A stretch of 64,000 nt of DNA from a virus. A program made the translations under genes and the position numbers. Where the stretch lies: the IMG/VR virus record IMGVR_UViG_3300021378_000010, positions 36,570-100,569 of that record; one strand, written 5' to 3'. The notes beneath the pieces were generated by a model. The model searched no databases. It worked only from the letters and a program-made list of their open reading frames with translations, and was not told the DNA's origin. Positions 9,916 through 19,614 of this stretch are shown here, in pieces. The first letter of the stretch is position 1, and every line of letters starts with the position of its first letter.

Positions 9916-10167
9916 TCAACCGCCAATATAATTTTCTTTTGGTCTATACCAAGTTTTTTGGTCATGTAATCTAGAAAGCAAATCAGAAATTTCTTGCGAT
10001 TCAATATTTGCTAGTTTAGATTTTTCCAGTTCTTCTTTTGACTTGTTATCTATTTGAGCCAACTCTAGCCAATACGCACTGACTTTATGCTGTCGATCTC
10101 GTAAAGCATGTTCAATCATATCAATATCGAACACACTCAGTTCAAATTTTATATTCGGTTTGACCAC
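9916..10167 (-). CDS. Hypothetical protein
   Basis: ORF track; operon context. Confidence 0.6.
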   Translation of the reverse strand: MVKPNIKFELSVFDIDMIEHALRDRQHKVSAYWLELAQIDNKSKEELEKSKLANIESQEISDLLSRLHDQKTWYRPKENYIGG

Positions 10168-10170
10168 AGA

Positions 10171-10392
10171 TCAATCCTTCTTGGAAACAAAGGAGTACAT
10201 TTCCTTTGCCTTTTCCATCAATTCGTCCATGGTGTACATTTTGTAAGCATCTTTGAGTTCATCAGCAGTCTTTTTACCTTCTTCAATCAGCTTTTCAGTG
10301 AATTGAATATTCATTTGGTACTGCTGGTCCATATAGTCTTTTGCGAGCTGCAGCATTTCTGCACGAATTTCAAACGGGTTCTTATTAGTCAT
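10171..10392 (-). CDS. Conserved hypothetical phage protein
   Basis: NPFEIRAEMLQLAKDY...AKEMYSFV. Confidence 0.7.
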   Translation of the reverse strand: MTNKNPFEIRAEMLQLAKDYMDQQYQMNIQFTEKLIEEGKKTADELKDAYKMYTMDELMEKAKEMYSFVSKKD

Positions 10393-10607
10393 TTACAGAC
10401 TCCTCTCATAACAGAAAATGAAGATTTCATCGTTTCGCCAAGGCTATCGACAGTTTCGTCACTTTTTTCAAGTTGCGCTTTGAAGAATCCTTGAGTATAT
10501 TCATTCATAGCTTTAGAATATGTTTTCCATCCAACGACTTTCAAGTCAATAAAAGAGTCGTAGAACTTAAGGTTGTGTTTGATGAGTTGATCGTAATTAT
10601 AGATCAT
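10389..10607 (-). CDS. Hypothetical helical protein
   Basis: SD AGGAG; overlaps next gene. Confidence 0.6.
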   Translation of the reverse strand: MIYNYDQLIKHNLKFYDSFIDLKVVGWKTYSKAMNEYTQGFFKAQLEKSDETVDSLGETMKSSFSVMRGVCK

Positions 10608-10641
10608 TTTGTTTCTCCTGTGTGATGTGTAGTGAGTTTAG

Positions 10642-11157
10642 TTATGCACCTGTACTTCCGAGCCCTCCATCGCGCTCGGTTTTCTGAGCAGGCTTCTCAG
10701 AAATTTCTTCAATTTCGCTATATTCGTTTCTTTCGAGAACTGCTTGGGCAATACGATCGCCGTGAGTAATTGTAATGGGACCATCAGAAGTGTTGTAGAG
10801 TAGTACAAAAGACTCTTCTACGTAATCACTATCTACGACTCCAACACCGTTTACTACCATCAGCCCACTTTTGAGTGCCAATCCAGACCTCGAAAAGATT
10901 TTCAAAACGTGATCTGGATCGATATCAAAAATAAGTCCAGTAGGTACTGCAACTCTGTATCCTGGATGAACCTGAATTGTTGCAGTTCCATTGATTTTTT
11001 TAGCGGGTACGCCAACTTCTTTGTTCCACGGATTATAAGTTTTGACTTTTACGCCTTCTATAAGACATGCTTTTAGATCATAACCTGCAGAACCTCGTGT
11101 GGCCTTTTCTGGTAAATGAGCACTTTCATTACAACGATAAACTTTCAATGCGATCAT
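10642..11157 (-). CDS. dut: Trimeric dUTPase
   Basis: AGYDL, RSGLA, GVVDSDY, GDRIAQ, RDGGLGSTG motifs. Confidence 0.95.
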   Translation of the reverse strand: MIALKVYRCNESAHLPEKATRGSAGYDLKACLIEGVKVKTYNPWNKEVGVPAKKINGTATIQVHPGYRVAVPTGLIFDIDPDHVLKIFSRSGLALKSGLMVVNGVGVVDSDYVEESFVLLYNTSDGPITITHGDRIAQAVLERNEYSEIEEISEKPAQKTERDGGLGSTGA

Positions 11158-11624
11158 TATTTTTTCTTTCCTATTTGATATTTTGGTTCTAAAGACCATT
11201 CAGCTTTTTCTTTATGTGAAAGAACTTTAATCTGGTTCAATGCCGCTATTGGGTCTTGAGATTTTTCTGCATCGACAACTTCAAGTAAACCCCACTCTTC
11301 AAGTAAATTTACAATTGTATTTCTACGCGCTTTGTCTTCATCTGTAAATGTGTTTTCTTTACCATCCAGAATAAAAAGTTCTTTGAAATGCAAAATAGAA
11401 TATTTACCTTGCTTGTGTAAAATGTGACACGACTGATAAAGCTTCTTATCTTTTCGAGATGCAATACCGATGCGAGTAAGTGTTTCTTTGATCTTAAGGA
11501 AGTTATCTGGCTCTGGAAGTCGTATCTCAATTCCGACTCCTCTAAATAGATCTGTTTCCATAACCTTTTCACCTTTATTATTATTATTATTCACGGTGTT
11601 TTCTTCATTGAGACCACACATCAA
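11157..11624 (-). CDS. regA: Translational repressor RegA (start may be 11561)
   Basis: FLKIKETLTRIGIAS...LYQSCHILHKQGKYSILHFKELF; late promoter at 11625-11632. Confidence 0.95.
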   Translation of the reverse strand: MMCGLNEENTVNNNNNKGEKVMETDLFRGVGIEIRLPEPDNFLKIKETLTRIGIASRKDKKLYQSCHILHKQGKYSILHFKELFILDGKENTFTDEDKARRNTIVNLLEEWGLLEVVDAEKSQDPIAALNQIKVLSHKEKAEWSLEPKYQIGKKK

Positions 11625-11635
11625 TATTTATATTT

Positions 11636-12043
11636 TCAGTTCTTTTTGTCTCCACCCACATTGAGTTTTGAATGTACGGTTTTGATTTGTTCAGAAGATA
11701 ATGCCTTGAAATAAAGCTTTGCTACAGTGCGATTACAAGAATACACTTGTTGAATAGCGTCTAGATCTTTATCTTTTTCAGCTTTGTGCCATTTTGAAAA
11801 TCGTTTACGCGATCTAAGAACGCCTCTATAATAGTCAAACTGCGCTCGAGGAAATAAGTGAGCTCTTTGGTTCATTTCATTTGCATGTAAGATGGTGTCG
11901 TCGTAATAAGAAAAACCGCGATTGATAATATAAGCAACGTATTCCTTTTCAGTCATTAAAGGATGATCTGAATTGCCAATCAAATCTTCTTTACTGTGAG
12001 AAGCTGCGTTGATAAAGTCAAACGGTGAATGTTCTTTTGTCAA
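11636..12043 (-). CDS. gp62: Clamp loader small subunit gp62
   Basis: SPFDFIN...YIINRGFSY...ANEMN...RKRFSKW; TTG start with SD. Confidence 0.9.
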   Translation of the reverse strand: MTKEHSPFDFINAASHSKEDLIGNSDHPLMTEKEYVAYIINRGFSYYDDTILHANEMNQRAHLFPRAQFDYYRGVLRSRKRFSKWHKAEKDKDLDAIQQVYSCNRTVAKLYFKALSSEQIKTVHSKLNVGGDKKN

Positions 12044-12224
12044 TATTTTTCTCCGCAAATTGTGCAAGTTTATCGAACTCTAAAGCGCATGATGGGCACG
12101 CATGCGTTTTATGTGTGCCCTCAGCGGTGTTCATATTTATTGTATACGCAGTTTTCTTTTTTGTCAACTTTTCACAGAAGACACATTTCACTTTAGACTT
12201 GAATATCATTATCGGTAGCTGCAC
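12018..12224 (-). CDS. Small Zn-ribbon hypothetical protein
   Basis: CxxC...CxxC; between gp44 and gp62. Confidence 0.55.
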   Translation of the reverse strand: MQLPIMIFKSKVKCVFCEKLTKKKTAYTINMNTAEGTHKTHACPSCALEFDKLAQFAEKNIDKRTFTV

Positions 12225-13162
12225 TCGATCATAATTTCAGTAAGAAAAGCTACAAGATTGATTTCAGGATCTGCAACAAAGTTTGCCTTATACATGTAAT
12301 CAGCGAGAGTAACTACAAATCCTGGCATGCTTTTCATTTCAACGCGATCGATTGCTGCATCATAAATTGCACGAAACATTTCATTCGTGTCTTGATCGCT
12401 ATTTCCAGCAACCCATTTGCGCATTTCAGTAAAGTTTTTTGCCTTAAGCAATTCAAAAACGTGATCGATGCTTTCCTGTTTCAGATTTACGAAAATGCCT
12501 TCATCGATCTTACCAGAAGCAGCATAGGATTGAAGTTCTGTAAGCACACGCCGAAAGTCAGGAAAGTGTCGCTCAATTACCTTCGCAACAACCTTTTGAT
12601 CAAAGTCAACTTCTTCTTGCTTGAGAATAGCAACGATGCGCTTGAAGAATTGAGCTGCAAGTTTTGGCTTGTCATTATTCTCAATCGAAAAGTCAACCTC
12701 AGAAAGTCGAGAACGAAGCGGTTCAATCAGCCGGTTTTTGTAGTTGCACGTAAAAATAAAGCCACAGTTTTTAGAATATTCTTCGATAAAGTTACGAAGA
12801 GCTGGTTGAACATTTGCCGCATTCAAGTAATCTGCTTCATCAAAGATTACATATTTGCGGCCACCAGAAAACGAAACTGCAGAAGCAAAACTTGAGATTT
12901 CGTATCGAAGTGTATCGATGCCAACATTCAACGAACCGTTTTTGATAATATAATCGCAACCGAGTTCTTCAAGCATAGCTTTTGCAATAGTAGTTTTACC
13001 CACGCCAGGGCCGCCAGTAAGAAGCAAGTTTGGAACACTGCCGTCCGAAACGTATTTCTTAAAGGTATCTTTTGTACGCTGAGGAAGAATAGCGTCCTCG
13101 ATTACTCGAGGACGATACTTTTCTACCCACAATACTTCGTCATTTTTGCAGTCAATAGTCAT
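12209..13162 (-). CDS. gp44: Clamp loader large subunit gp44
   Basis: LWVEKYRP, GPGVGKT, DEAD motifs. Confidence 0.97.
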   Translation of the reverse strand: MTIDCKNDEVLWVEKYRPRVIEDAILPQRTKDTFKKYVSDGSVPNLLLTGGPGVGKTTIAKAMLEELGCDYIIKNGSLNVGIDTLRYEISSFASAVSFSGGRKYVIFDEADYLNAANVQPALRNFIEEYSKNCGFIFTCNYKNRLIEPLRSRLSEVDFSIENNDKPKLAAQFFKRIVAILKQEEVDFDQKVVAKVIERHFPDFRRVLTELQSYAASGKIDEGIFVNLKQESIDHVFELLKAKNFTEMRKWVAGNSDQDTNEMFRAIYDAAIDRVEMKSMPGFVVTLADYMYKANFVADPEINLVAFLTEIMIECSYR

Positions 13163-13189
13163 TTAAGACTCCATAATATAATTTGAGAT

Positions 13190-13408
13190 TTACTCGGTAG
13201 GTGCTGGTTCGGTTACTTCTTCTTTTGGTGGAAGATTTGCTTTTACAAAGGTTTCAATTTTATTTCGCAGTTGGCCAATAGTAACCAATTCGTTACCTTC
13301 AAATGCACCGCGTTTAGTGCATGCATCAATAATTTGAACTACTAATGCAAGGTCAGAAAGATTGATATTACTTTGGTTTGCTGCGTCTTGATTGGTTTCT
13401 TCGGTCAT
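13190..13408 (-). CDS. Conserved hypothetical protein
   Basis: IIDACTKRGAFEGNEL. Confidence 0.7.
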   Translation of the reverse strand: MTEETNQDAANQSNINLSDLALVVQIIDACTKRGAFEGNELVTIGQLRNKIETFVKANLPPKEEVTEPAPTE

Positions 13409-14074
13409 TTATTCGCCTTTCTGATATGTGGATTTAGTATCGATGCCTACAAAGTAAGTGACGTCGTCGCTTTTAAACTCGGAAATACCTTTAGCACAGA
13501 GAGTCACGTGGTAGTCACCGGGAAGAAGTTTTAGATTATCTGTTTTGATAATGATGGTAAATTTGTCGTTCGTTTCACCAATCTCTACACCAAATGTATC
13601 AGCAGTTGGATTGGCGCTATCTACCGCACGAAGGAAGCACTTTCCATCTTCGCCAACGAAAGCAATTTCGCTAAACTGAAGAACACCAGCAGCCTTGAGA
13701 ACCGACTGCATGTCTTCCCAGGATACATCGATTTCAACGTCGTTTGAAGGGATTTTGATTTCTTTATTGGGCGGTGTATGAATCATAGATACATCTGCAA
13801 AAACATATTTGGTCTTACGGCGACCTTCAGAAATTGTAAAGAACTTATCATGAAATTCGACGTCAGGGTTTTGATAAAGACCTACGATCGAAAGGAAACG
13901 CGAAAGATCATAAATGCAAGCATCAGATGGAATTTCATCTGGAATATTAGCAATTGCAACAAGAGTCTTTTCAGGCGTAATTGTTTTGAGTACATTGCCT
14001 TCTGACATCAAAATAGATTTATTGATTGAAGAGAAGCTTTTGAGGATGGTAAGAGTACGATCAGAAAATTTCAT
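13409..14074 (-). CDS. gp45: Sliding clamp gp45
   Basis: MKFSDRTLTILKSFSSINKSI...IYDLSRFLS...NLKLLPGDY. Confidence 0.95.
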   Translation of the reverse strand: MKFSDRTLTILKSFSSINKSILMSEGNVLKTITPEKTLVAIANIPDEIPSDACIYDLSRFLSIVGLYQNPDVEFHDKFFTISEGRRKTKYVFADVSMIHTPPNKEIKIPSNDVEIDVSWEDMQSVLKAAGVLQFSEIAFVGEDGKCFLRAVDSANPTADTFGVEIGETNDKFTIIIKTDNLKLLPGDYHVTLCAKGISEFKSDDVTYFVGIDTKSTYQKGE

Positions 14075-14097
14075 AGTGTATAACACTCCTTTTGTGG

Positions 14098-14997
14098 TTA
14101 TCGGTTTATTTTATTCCGCTTTCGCGATTTTGTCAACTGTTTTTTATCTCCATAACTGCTTTTGTTTGAAGATTTATCTGCCGTGGGTGTAACGCCAAGT
14201 GAAGCAATTGCTGCCATGTGACCCTTGAAAATATAAGAACCTACGTGTTGCAGTTCCATCCACGGGCACATCCAAACTTTCATTCCAGCTTTTCGAACAT
14301 TATAACAGAAGAAGTAATCTTCTGAAAGATAACGTCTGGAGTCTGGATCAATTTGGCAATCAAAGTATGCCATAATATCACGCGAACCATCGAAGTTTTG
14401 AGTTCTTACATGATCTGGTTTATACTTATATTCTGGATATGCTTGCTCATATTTTTTGAATGTTTCCCTTGGAATAAGCATGAAACCGGTACCAGCTTCT
14501 CCAACTTCAATTGGTTCATCGATACGGAAAGACTTTACGTTATGCACAGGATTGAAAACAAAATCTGCAGCATAATAATCAAGAAAGAATGGATTTTCGT
14601 CAGCCTTTCCGAGTTCTACTGCTTTCTTGATCTTTTCCCAAGCAATAGTTTTCTTTGGATATGGCGCAGTAACAACGTCAAATTTCTCTGGATCTGAAAT
14701 TTGAATTCCAATCAGGGAAAGTACATCTTTTGCACGAAAACCAATATCAGCATCAATGAATAACAAGTGAGTACATTCTGATCGCAAAAACTCATCTACT
14801 ACATAGTTACGAGCACGCTGAACAAGACTTTCATTGAATAGATAATAGAATTTTACTTCAATACCATATTTTGTGCATAGAATTGCCAGGTCTGTACAAG
14901 ATTTAGCATATAAGCCATGTGCGTTTCCACCATACATAGGCGTACCTACGAAAATAGAACATTTTCTTAGATCTTCGGTATTTACTTCAAGTTTCAT
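14098..14997 (-). CDS. GT-A-fold glycosyltransferase-like protein
   Basis: TPMYGG, NESLVQRARN, LFIDAD (DxD), GTGFMLI, LSEDYFFC, HVG. Confidence 0.65.
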   Translation of the reverse strand: MKLEVNTEDLRKCSIFVGTPMYGGNAHGLYAKSCTDLAILCTKYGIEVKFYYLFNESLVQRARNYVVDEFLRSECTHLLFIDADIGFRAKDVLSLIGIQISDPEKFDVVTAPYPKKTIAWEKIKKAVELGKADENPFFLDYYAADFVFNPVHNVKSFRIDEPIEVGEAGTGFMLIPRETFKKYEQAYPEYKYKPDHVRTQNFDGSRDIMAYFDCQIDPDSRRYLSEDYFFCYNVRKAGMKVWMCPWMELQHVGSYIFKGHMAAIASLGVTPTADKSSNKSSYGDKKQLTKSRKRNKINR

Positions 14998-15024
14998 AAT
15001 ATCTCCTATAAGTAATTATTTTTG

Positions 15025-15234
15025 TCACTGAATTTCTTGACTATTTTTAGTAATTACTTTTACTGTTTCAATGATAATTTCTTCTTGCGTTTCTTCAGCA
15101 TAACCGACTCTTTTGACATCTACTAAAAAGTAATTCGCATATTGTACTGGAGGGTTTATTGTAAGCTCTGGATTGCTATCCATTTCAGAAACAAATTTTT
15201 CAAATTCTTTCGAACCGGCTTTAAATTCTCTCAT
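15025..15234 (-). CDS. Hypothetical protein
   Basis: ORF track. Confidence 0.5.
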   Translation of the reverse strand: MREFKAGSKEFEKFVSEMDSNPELTINPPVQYANYFLVDVKRVGYAEETQEEIIIETVKVITKNSQEIQ

Positions 15235-15242
15235 AATATTTC

Positions 15243-15860
15243 CTATAAGTCGTTTTCAATACGAACAATTTTTTGCATTCTCAAGACATCAGCTAAAACA
15301 TCCCAAGCGCTGTCGTGTTCAACAAATACCTTTGCCCAATGCGCTTCGTCATCTACTGGAATAAAGCCATTCTTTTTTGGAAAATCGAGTTTAGCATCGA
15401 TGTAAGTTCGAATGTCTCGCACTTTCCAATGAGGAAAATATTGCTTGAACATTTCATTTTTTCCTTCAGCAGCAAAAATACGGTCAAGGATTACTGGATC
15501 AAACGTATTTGATCGAGACCACCAGTAATCAATTTTTCCAAAATCGTTAAGATAAGAAACAAGTTGAGTGATGAATTCCTTTACTGTAAGATCGTCTTTT
15601 CTAGGAACAATATTTTTTCGTGCATCGCTTGGCAAAGACTGCCACCACTCTACAGTATCTTTATATACCACCCAGTCGTAATTGTCAACCTGATTTTTCA
15701 CTGAAAGCTTAAATTTTTTCACGAGTGATATATCTTCAGCCGAATAAGGTTTGTTTGAAACAAACTTTTCAGTATCTACTACGATAAATGAAAAGTCAAC
15801 TACTGCGCAATTTTGTGCAGGCTGTCCGAGAGTTTCGCAGTCAATAAAACAATGCTTCAT
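15243..15860 (-). CDS. dexA: DexA-like 3'-5' exonuclease
   Basis: IDCETLG, FDPVIL, RDIRT, HDSAWD (DEDDh). Confidence 0.85.
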   Translation of the reverse strand: MKHCFIDCETLGQPAQNCAVVDFSFIVVDTEKFVSNKPYSAEDISLVKKFKLSVKNQVDNYDWVVYKDTVEWWQSLPSDARKNIVPRKDDLTVKEFITQLVSYLNDFGKIDYWWSRSNTFDPVILDRIFAAEGKNEMFKQYFPHWKVRDIRTYIDAKLDFPKKNGFIPVDDEAHWAKVFVEHDSAWDVLADVLRMQKIVRIENDL

Positions 15861-17083
15861 GTCATAAAATCCGTCAAATCTGTGTTACTTTCTTTTTCTC
15901 TGATTGCACCATTGAGATTGCTTTGAATCATGTATGATGCACGTTCCATTGGTCGTTCTCCATTGATCGTAGCAAGTACTTCAGTCGCCATGTCTTTCGC
16001 AGTTTTGAATGGAACATTTTGACAAATATGGTTTATGTTCTTTCTTTCGTCAAGAAGTTCATAATCTTGAGGAAGACCCATAATCGTCATTGCTTCTCGA
16101 AAGTTGATATAGCGATCTTCGAGATGGTGTGTTACTACGAAAGGCATGTGTACTACAAACGCACCGATGTGATCTACTGGAATTAGCGTTCCGCGCATCA
16201 TTACACCTTTACCACTTGTCAACTTTGCATGTCGACGATCGCACCGATCTGCTTCTCTATCAAGACCTTGCGATCTCATCCACTTACCGACTTGATCATA
16301 ATTAATACCTTGTTCGAGCATCTCTCCTTCAACATTATATGAAGGTCTTGTATGATCTTTTACAGAAGCAGCAAAGTCAACGTGACTCATACCACCTTTA
16401 ATCTCAGTGAGATAAAAACGATAGTATGGATCGTCTTGAGAAGGAATTTTTTTATTGATTGGCTCGACTTGAAAGTTACTCTTTACGCTTTCAAGCAGTT
16501 CACGGATAGTTGGATACTGCGTATTAAACCTGCTAAAAACTGGAACAGAATTATCAAAAGCGTCTCTACGCCAGAAGAAGTAAAATGTTCTACGACGGAT
16601 CTGAGGAGAACCATGAAGAAGAGATTTAGTCACATAAATTGTCATATTGTATCCAGCTGCATCACTAATCTGACGCAACTTGTCTCGCATAAATTTACCG
16701 ACATTAGTAGCAAGTGCAGGTGCGTTTTCACCCCAAAGAACTTTTGGACGAACGTTTTCTAAAACGTGCCGTGTAGTCTTTTCCATCCATTGGTTATTTT
16801 GATTGTGTTCTCCATAACTTTTATGATAAGAACTAAGTCCTGCGCAAGGACATACTGAAGAAACTACGTCTACTGATTCTGTCGTAATTGGCGCATTCTC
16901 GCTATCAAGTACATGATAAGGAATGTCATAGCCGTCCTTTCTGTAATGGTTCAATAGATGCTGTTCGTTTGACGCGAATGCACCATAGCTCATAATATAT
17001 TCTGGCTTTACGCCATACGCTTCATCTGAAGCAAGTAGTTCACCGCCAATAAGCGGCACAATTCCTGCATGTTTTATTGTCAT
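15857..17083 (-). CDS. DNA cytosine-C5 methyltransferase-like protein with atypical motif I
   Basis: CPCAGLS (motif IV), GENAP (VI), PQIRRRTF (VIII), REAMTIMGLP (IX), QNVP (X); motif I is IVPLIGG instead of FxGxG. Confidence 0.75.
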   Translation of the reverse strand: MTIKHAGIVPLIGGELLASDEAYGVKPEYIMSYGAFASNEQHLLNHYRKDGYDIPYHVLDSENAPITTESVDVVSSVCPCAGLSSYHKSYGEHNQNNQWMEKTTRHVLENVRPKVLWGENAPALATNVGKFMRDKLRQISDAAGYNMTIYVTKSLLHGSPQIRRRTFYFFWRRDAFDNSVPVFSRFNTQYPTIRELLESVKSNFQVEPINKKIPSQDDPYYRFYLTEIKGGMSHVDFAASVKDHTRPSYNVEGEMLEQGINYDQVGKWMRSQGLDREADRCDRRHAKLTSGKGVMMRGTLIPVDHIGAFVVHMPFVVTHHLEDRYINFREAMTIMGLPQDYELLDERKNINHICQNVPFKTAKDMATEVLATINGERPMERASYMIQSNLNGAIREKESNTDLTDFMT

Positions 17084-17097
17084 TTTTCATCCTTTAA

Positions 17098-18123
17098 TCA
17101 AGCGAAGAAATTTTCGATGCTCATAATTTGTTTTTCAACACCCGTCCAATGCGGGTAATGTTCTCTTGAAAGGTGTATGGATCTTGGTTTTTCCATATAG
17201 GCAAAATCAAGTTCATCACGATCATTGAGTAGATAATCTGTCCATCGGATTATGCTATATTTATATTCGATGTAATCATTGAAATGATCGCGAACTTTTT
17301 TTCGCTCTGACCACGATCCCCAGAAAGGTTTTCCATCATAATAACCAGTTTTAGGAACTACACGGCTCTCGTTTTCAATTGGAAGCAGTTCATAAATCTT
17401 TGCTCCAAGTTCACGAGCTTGTTCAATATAACGATCTGCAAGAGCTTCGGCATTTTTGATCAAATCACCTTCAAGACGGCAGAGATGATGACGAACATCA
17501 ATATTGCCAAAATAAAACTCAAGTTCTTCAACAGCATCTATGTCAACAAAAGACTTAAGACCCTGGTTGAGTGCTCCATTCAAAGTCTTGAATACAGTAG
17601 AATTGAAAGACCAACCGGGTCTATACATACAGATCGCATGACTGTCACCAATCACAAGTTTTTTTGTAGGATTGACGTGATTTACTTTTACGGCTTCACG
17701 TTCCATCCTACCCCAGTTGTCAATGTCGAGCTCATGCCAAATAGGTTCAATGTAGATATTATTTTTCTTTGCGAGTTCAAATTTACGACGGAGTAGTCGT
17801 TCATACTCAGGAAAGTCGCAATTCAAACTATAAATTGGACCTTTATACTTTGATACCTTTACGACATTTTCTGAATATGGACAGTTTTGAAAGCCACCAA
17901 AAATATTCATTGCCGCTGGCTTTGTTCTAGAAGTTCCGTTATCTGCATGGTACATATAAACAGCATCGTACTCGTTGAGATCTTTGATTCTTCCTTCAAA
18001 ATCAACTTCAGCATCATGACCAAGTTCTTTCAGCTGATTGCAGTAAATAACTGCTGGTGATGTTCTGTGCGAGTATACTAAACTCGTGAGAGTATTAGTT
18101 GGTGAAACGACTGCAATTTTCAT
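17098..18123 (-). CDS. Protein with T4 beta-glucosyltransferase-like N-terminus and SGNH-like C-terminus
   Basis: MKIAVV...NEYD...NIFGG...KYKGPIYSL recalls BGT N-terminus; VIGDSH, FGNID and SIHL recall SGNH blocks. Confidence 0.5.
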   Translation of the reverse strand: MKIAVVSPTNTLTSLVYSHRTSPAVIYCNQLKELGHDAEVDFEGRIKDLNEYDAVYMYHADNGTSRTKPAAMNIFGGFQNCPYSENVVKVSKYKGPIYSLNCDFPEYERLLRRKFELAKKNNIYIEPIWHELDIDNWGRMEREAVKVNHVNPTKKLVIGDSHAICMYRPGWSFNSTVFKTLNGALNQGLKSFVDIDAVEELEFYFGNIDVRHHLCRLEGDLIKNAEALADRYIEQARELGAKIYELLPIENESRVVPKTGYYDGKPFWGSWSERKKVRDHFNDYIEYKYSIIRWTDYLLNDRDELDFAYMEKPRSIHLSREHYPHWTGVEKQIMSIENFFA

Positions 18124-18135
18124 AATATAAATCTC

Positions 18136-19227
18136 CTAGCAAAAAAAGCTGTCAACCGTAGTGCAGCTGAGTCTTGACTCAAGGTCAAGAGCAATTTTAT
18201 CAAAAGCATCAAACGTAAGAGGCAAAATGCGTTTTTCTTGAAGCTTTGGTGTATCTTTGATACCAAGAAAACAGTTGAACTGGCAAAATGTAATTTCTGC
18301 GCCAAAGGTAGTCATATGGCCATTACGTTCAAGGTTTTCTGAGTAAAATTTTCTTGCAGTATCATCAGGAAACTCAAAAAAATCATATTGATGACTACGA
18401 ACTGACATTACGATCTTTTCCATAATATCATTTTTATTTAGCTTAACGTTTGGAAATACGAAAGCCATACCACGATGGGCGCCAGGACCGACCAGACAAT
18501 AGTCATCATCTTCATCAATATTTGGAAGATCTTCGCACCGAGAAAAGTTACAAGGTGGATGGTAAGAAAAATAAGGTCCAATACCGCGATGAGTTTTTAG
18601 CCATTCGCAGACATCGCCAAGAGAGTTTTTAGGATCTTGTACGACATCGCTCATTCCTAGCTTATCAAGTTGATCCATCCAACGAATCATATGCGATAGT
18701 TTGAATTGAACTGTAGGATCATCTTCTTCTTCACGAACAAAGTTTCGAGCCGCGGTCTGAAGCGAAGTCTGAAGCTGAGTAGCACCCCAAACCTTAAGCT
18801 TGCGAATATTATCGTCTAGGTTTCTGTTTACAGTTTGATAATAATCACCTTTGAGTCGATATTCATCGAAGTCAATAATCTTAGAATAATCTGCAGTATC
18901 TGAAGCTACAAGAGTAAGCGTAGGCATGCCAACAAATTTTACCGCCATTGCATTTAGAATTTTGTTACGCATTGAGGTATCTTGACCAAAGACATGATTC
19001 TCTAGCCAAAATACCTCAGCGTGTTTAGAACGGTTTGGATTCCAATACGAAACTTCTTGACGCATCGCAGATCCAAATTCAGGATCAATCTCATATTCTT
19101 CAATCCTGCCGGTTTCACGGAGAGTTTCACGCTTGAAGAAATCCAAGACCCATTTATTGAAATATTTGAATGCATCTGGATCAGCAATAGACTTGAGTTC
19201 GTCTACAGTAAAGATTTCTTTTTTCAT
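18136..19227 (-). CDS. aGPT-PPlase / amino-acid:DNA transferase-like protein (HhH glycosylase fold)
   Basis: RGIGPYFSY, VGPGAHRGM, EITFCQF patterns. Confidence 0.7.
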   Translation of the reverse strand: MKKEIFTVDELKSIADPDAFKYFNKWVLDFFKRETLRETGRIEEYEIDPEFGSAMRQEVSYWNPNRSKHAEVFWLENHVFGQDTSMRNKILNAMAVKFVGMPTLTLVASDTADYSKIIDFDEYRLKGDYYQTVNRNLDDNIRKLKVWGATQLQTSLQTAARNFVREEEDDPTVQFKLSHMIRWMDQLDKLGMSDVVQDPKNSLGDVCEWLKTHRGIGPYFSYHPPCNFSRCEDLPNIDEDDDYCLVGPGAHRGMAFVFPNVKLNKNDIMEKIVMSVRSHQYDFFEFPDDTARKFYSENLERNGHMTTFGAEITFCQFNCFLGIKDTPKLQEKRILPLTFDAFDKIALDLESRLSCTTVDSFFC

Positions 19228-19230
19228 ATT

Positions 19231-19614
19231 TTATTTCTCCGTTAAGTCATGTTGTAGCATGACTATATTTATGCTAGGCATAATCTTCCGAATTTCTTCT
19301 GCTTGAATAGGATCATCTTCAAAGTGAATACCAAAACGATATCCCATTTCTTCAAGATAAAACAGTGTACGACCTTTATGCTGCCCAGATGATTTACGAG
19401 TTTTTTCGTCAAATTTCAGTGGGTTCATGTATACTGTATTATAGATTCCACGATTTGTCAACATATTTTTTGTAACTTCGCCTTCATCATCACGAGAACG
19501 TCCAGTAATGATTACGTCGTCGGGCCCGGGAAAGACGCCCGTAAAGGCGTCTCCCATGTAAATAACTCCATCAATATCAAAAGAATTGATAACTTTGTTA
19601 GGAATATCATTCAT
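19231..19614 (-). CDS. HAD-family phosphatase
   Basis: FDIDGV, ITGRS, K, HFEDD; overlaps the ino1 stop. Confidence 0.8.
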   Translation of the reverse strand: MNDIPNKVINSFDIDGVIYMGDAFTGVFPGPDDVIITGRSRDDEGEVTKNMLTNRGIYNTVYMNPLKFDEKTRKSSGQHKGRTLFYLEEMGYRFGIHFEDDPIQAEEIRKIMPSINIVMLQHDLTEK

